Assembly (NCBI GenBank): GCA_965662845.1
Contig: CBFIJD010000008.1
Location: forward strand, 1 to 47,375
Origin: an uncultured bacterium
GTDB taxonomy: Bacteria > SAR324 > NAC60-12
Reading direction: 5' to 3'
Length of the DNA stretch: 47,375 nucleotides
In this document: piece after piece, positions 45,397 through 47,375 of the stretch
How positions within the stretch are numbered: position 1 is the stretch's first letter
How the letters are laid out: the number at the start of each line of letters is the position of its first letter
Translations under genes and position numbers: made by a program
The notes under the pieces: model-generated
What the model saw: the letters and a program-made list of their open reading frames with translations, nothing else
What the model was told of the DNA's origin: nothing
Database searches by the model: none

Positions 45397-47037
45397 ATGC
45401 AGCAAGCGGTCTGGTTTCAACAAACTGAAGAAGTTGTCCACGCTCTGAAGTCACAAACAACGGAGACCATCCGGCATTTTGCGCAGCGGGCGGGGCAACG
45501 GTTGCGCCGCGACTTCTTTCCCCGCGAGCCAGAAGCGCTGGTCAGCAAGCGCCAGTGGGCTCTCACGCACGCGCTGCAACTGTATGACGTGGGCAGCGTG
45601 CAGCGTTTGATTGCGAACTACGATTTATCCCAAGACGTGGAGATTGGGATTGTGCCGCGCATGCAGAAGAGCGGTAATTCTTTGGTCGTGATTCAACTGT
45701 TGGAGTCTTTCACGTTCGACGAAGTCGAAGCGCGCGCCTTACGGAGATATCGACAGCAATTAGAGCAGGATCTGCAACGGACGTTGCAATGCGAAGTGGG
45801 GCGACTGTATGACGAAGATCAGATACATCACCTGTTGGCCAGAGCGCCGTCGCTGCCGCGAAAAGAGCAGCAGCAGTTTTTGCAGGAACGCCTGCACGCG
45901 TTGTTTTCTGGCGAATATCTCACCTATCTAATCCTGAAAAATCGCTATTTTCTCTCGCGCTTACGGCAGAGCATGCAGGACGAAACCCTCTTGCGCTGGC
46001 TCCAACGCCGTTTGGATTGCTCCACGCCGGTGCAAACACGCGAGGTCTTGGAGAAGCTACAGCGCCAAGATTTTCGGACCATTGAGCAACTGGTCCGTGA
46101 GCTCCAACAACAGTTTGCGGGACATCGCCTGTTGCGTTCCCAGCCGCCGCCGTGGTTCCCAGAAGAAGCCGAGCGCTTTGAGCACGCTGAGCAGAAGCCG
46201 CAAGAGCCCCCCAAGTTTGAGTTGGCCGCCTTGCCAGCGTCCGTAGAGAATCACGGGCTACAGCTACGAGAGCGTTGGTCGGAGGACCTCGCGCTAAAGA
46301 CCACAGAAGCGCCTCCACGAACGACCGAAGCGACGACTGAAGAGCGTTTTGCGAAACTCTTAGAGCGCTTACAGCCCATTTTGCAACGAGTTCAAAAAAA
46401 CATGGGCTGGGCGTGGGACATGTCATCCCCGTTTTTTCGTCCGCGAGTCGAGGACTACGTTGCGCACCAAGCCCAAGAAATCCAGCAGACGCTAGATCTG
46501 TCGGCGGAAGCTTACGCAGAGCTGGGAGCATGGGTTCAAAACGTGACCACACAGGAAGCTCTCCGTTCCAAAACGTGGCGACGAGAAGAAGCGGTCGATG
46601 TTTGGAAAGAGGACGAAGACATAGCCGAGATGATCCACGCAGACACTCTGCTGCGCACCAAGGATGTTGGTCTCACCTTCTGCAGCCGGCTGCCCATGAA
46701 GCTGGAACTGGCCACCAGCGGCGCTCCACTGCAAATAGAAAAGGGGAGAGCCTATGCCGTGCAGCTAGGGGTGGCGTATTTCGATCAAGATCTCTCGGAA
46801 TTTCAGCGGCATCGCACGTCGCCGCGACCTTATTTTCGGGTGATGTTTCGCGGCCAGCAACTGCAACGACGTTCAGCCTTGATTCAGATCAACCAAGAGG
46901 CTTATTTTCTCGTCTTGCCTGAGCAAGTCGCGCCTTGTGTGCAACTCCTTTATTTCCAATGGATGATCCTGCATCGCGCGCTAGGTTTCACACTCCCTGA
47001 GAGTGTGCAGGAACATCTCCTCCAAGCCTTTCCCTGA
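45397..47037 (+). CDS. Hypothetical protein (546 aa)
   Basis: Long ORF co-directional with its neighbours; no motif recognised. Confidence 0.7.
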   Translation: MQQAVWFQQTEEVVHALKSQTTETIRHFAQRAGQRLRRDFFPREPEALVSKRQWALTHALQLYDVGSVQRLIANYDLSQDVEIGIVPRMQKSGNSLVVIQLLESFTFDEVEARALRRYRQQLEQDLQRTLQCEVGRLYDEDQIHHLLARAPSLPRKEQQQFLQERLHALFSGEYLTYLILKNRYFLSRLRQSMQDETLLRWLQRRLDCSTPVQTREVLEKLQRQDFRTIEQLVRELQQQFAGHRLLRSQPPPWFPEEAERFEHAEQKPQEPPKFELAALPASVENHGLQLRERWSEDLALKTTEAPPRTTEATTEERFAKLLERLQPILQRVQKNMGWAWDMSSPFFRPRVEDYVAHQAQEIQQTLDLSAEAYAELGAWVQNVTTQEALRSKTWRREEAVDVWKEDEDIAEMIHADTLLRTKDVGLTFCSRLPMKLELATSGAPLQIEKGRAYAVQLGVAYFDQDLSEFQRHRTSPRPYFRVMFRGQQLQRRSALIQINQEAYFLVLPEQVAPCVQLLYFQWMILHRALGFTLPESVQEHLLQAFP

Positions 47038-47052
47038 ACTCGCGGAGCCACT

Positions 47053-47375
47053 ATGACCCCCCAGGCTTGTCTCGAACTACTGCCGATGCTGCACAACAGC
47101 CAGATGCTCTGCTGCTACTGTGGGGTCATGAATGAAGAGACGCTGTTGAGTCTGGGGCGTTCTCTGCAAAAGACGCTGCGACGCGAACAAGTCGATGCCA
47201 ACACCGTGAAGAAGTCATTCTCCATTGTGGTCGAAGGCATCCAAAACATTCTGCGGTATGCGAGCGATGCTCAAGCGGAGGCGGCAGAGGCCAACGAGCA
47301 GGAAGAAGCGTTTCCACGGGGCATCTTGTTGGTGTGGAGAGGGGAGACGCAGCTGCACATCACCTGTGGCAACAC
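47053..47375 (+). CDS. SiaB-family (DUF6272-like) protein kinase, truncated by the window end
   Basis: Hand translation MTPQACLELLPMLHNSQMLCCYCGVMNEETLLSLGRSL..KKSFSIVVEGIQNILRY..HITCGN; SD GGAG; not in ORF track. Confidence 0.7.
   Translation, partial: MTPQACLELLPMLHNSQMLCCYCGVMNEETLLSLGRSLQKTLRREQVDANTVKKSFSIVVEGIQNILRYASDAQAEAAEANEQEEAFPRGILLVWRGETQLHITCGN

Noticed and set aside
1..47375. Prophage, IS, integron, rRNA/tRNA or defence island
   Set aside because: No integrase, transposase, phage structural, nuclease/methylase or stable-RNA signature recognised by eye

Overview
Bacterial chromosomal window of about 45 genes, mostly housekeeping and not arranged in canonical operons: nadD, 5-FTHF cyclo-ligase, rluD, lpxA, trpBA, rlmB, thrH, pdxH, glnA, aroQ, pheA, hisF, ppk1, lepA, a MoxR ATPase and tex. 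A deltaproteobacteria-like host (possibly SAR324) is my unverified impression. I saw no rRNA, tRNA, CRISPR, integrase or transposase. Highlights: (1) an unannotated 15-codon uORF, MISLQSTFSLCCCRR, between a clean sigma70 promoter and a YeeE/YedE thiosulfate transporter, which looks like a cysteine-sensing leader peptide; (2) an AT-richer cbb3 oxidase cluster (ccoN-O-Q-P-DUF4006-like-ccoG-ccoH) resembling Campylobacterota versions, immediately after glnA; (3) a 55-bp tandem duplication starting at the glnA stop codon; (4) a multi-hairpin, repeat-containing gap between pheA and a lipoprotein gene (candidate sRNA); (5) scattered motility/c-di-GMP parts: tandem membrane-anchored YcgR-like paralogues (only one with PilZ), a truncated FliM-like gene behind a sigma54-type promoter, and a partial SiaB-like kinase. 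All family calls come from motif recognition by eye, not database searches.
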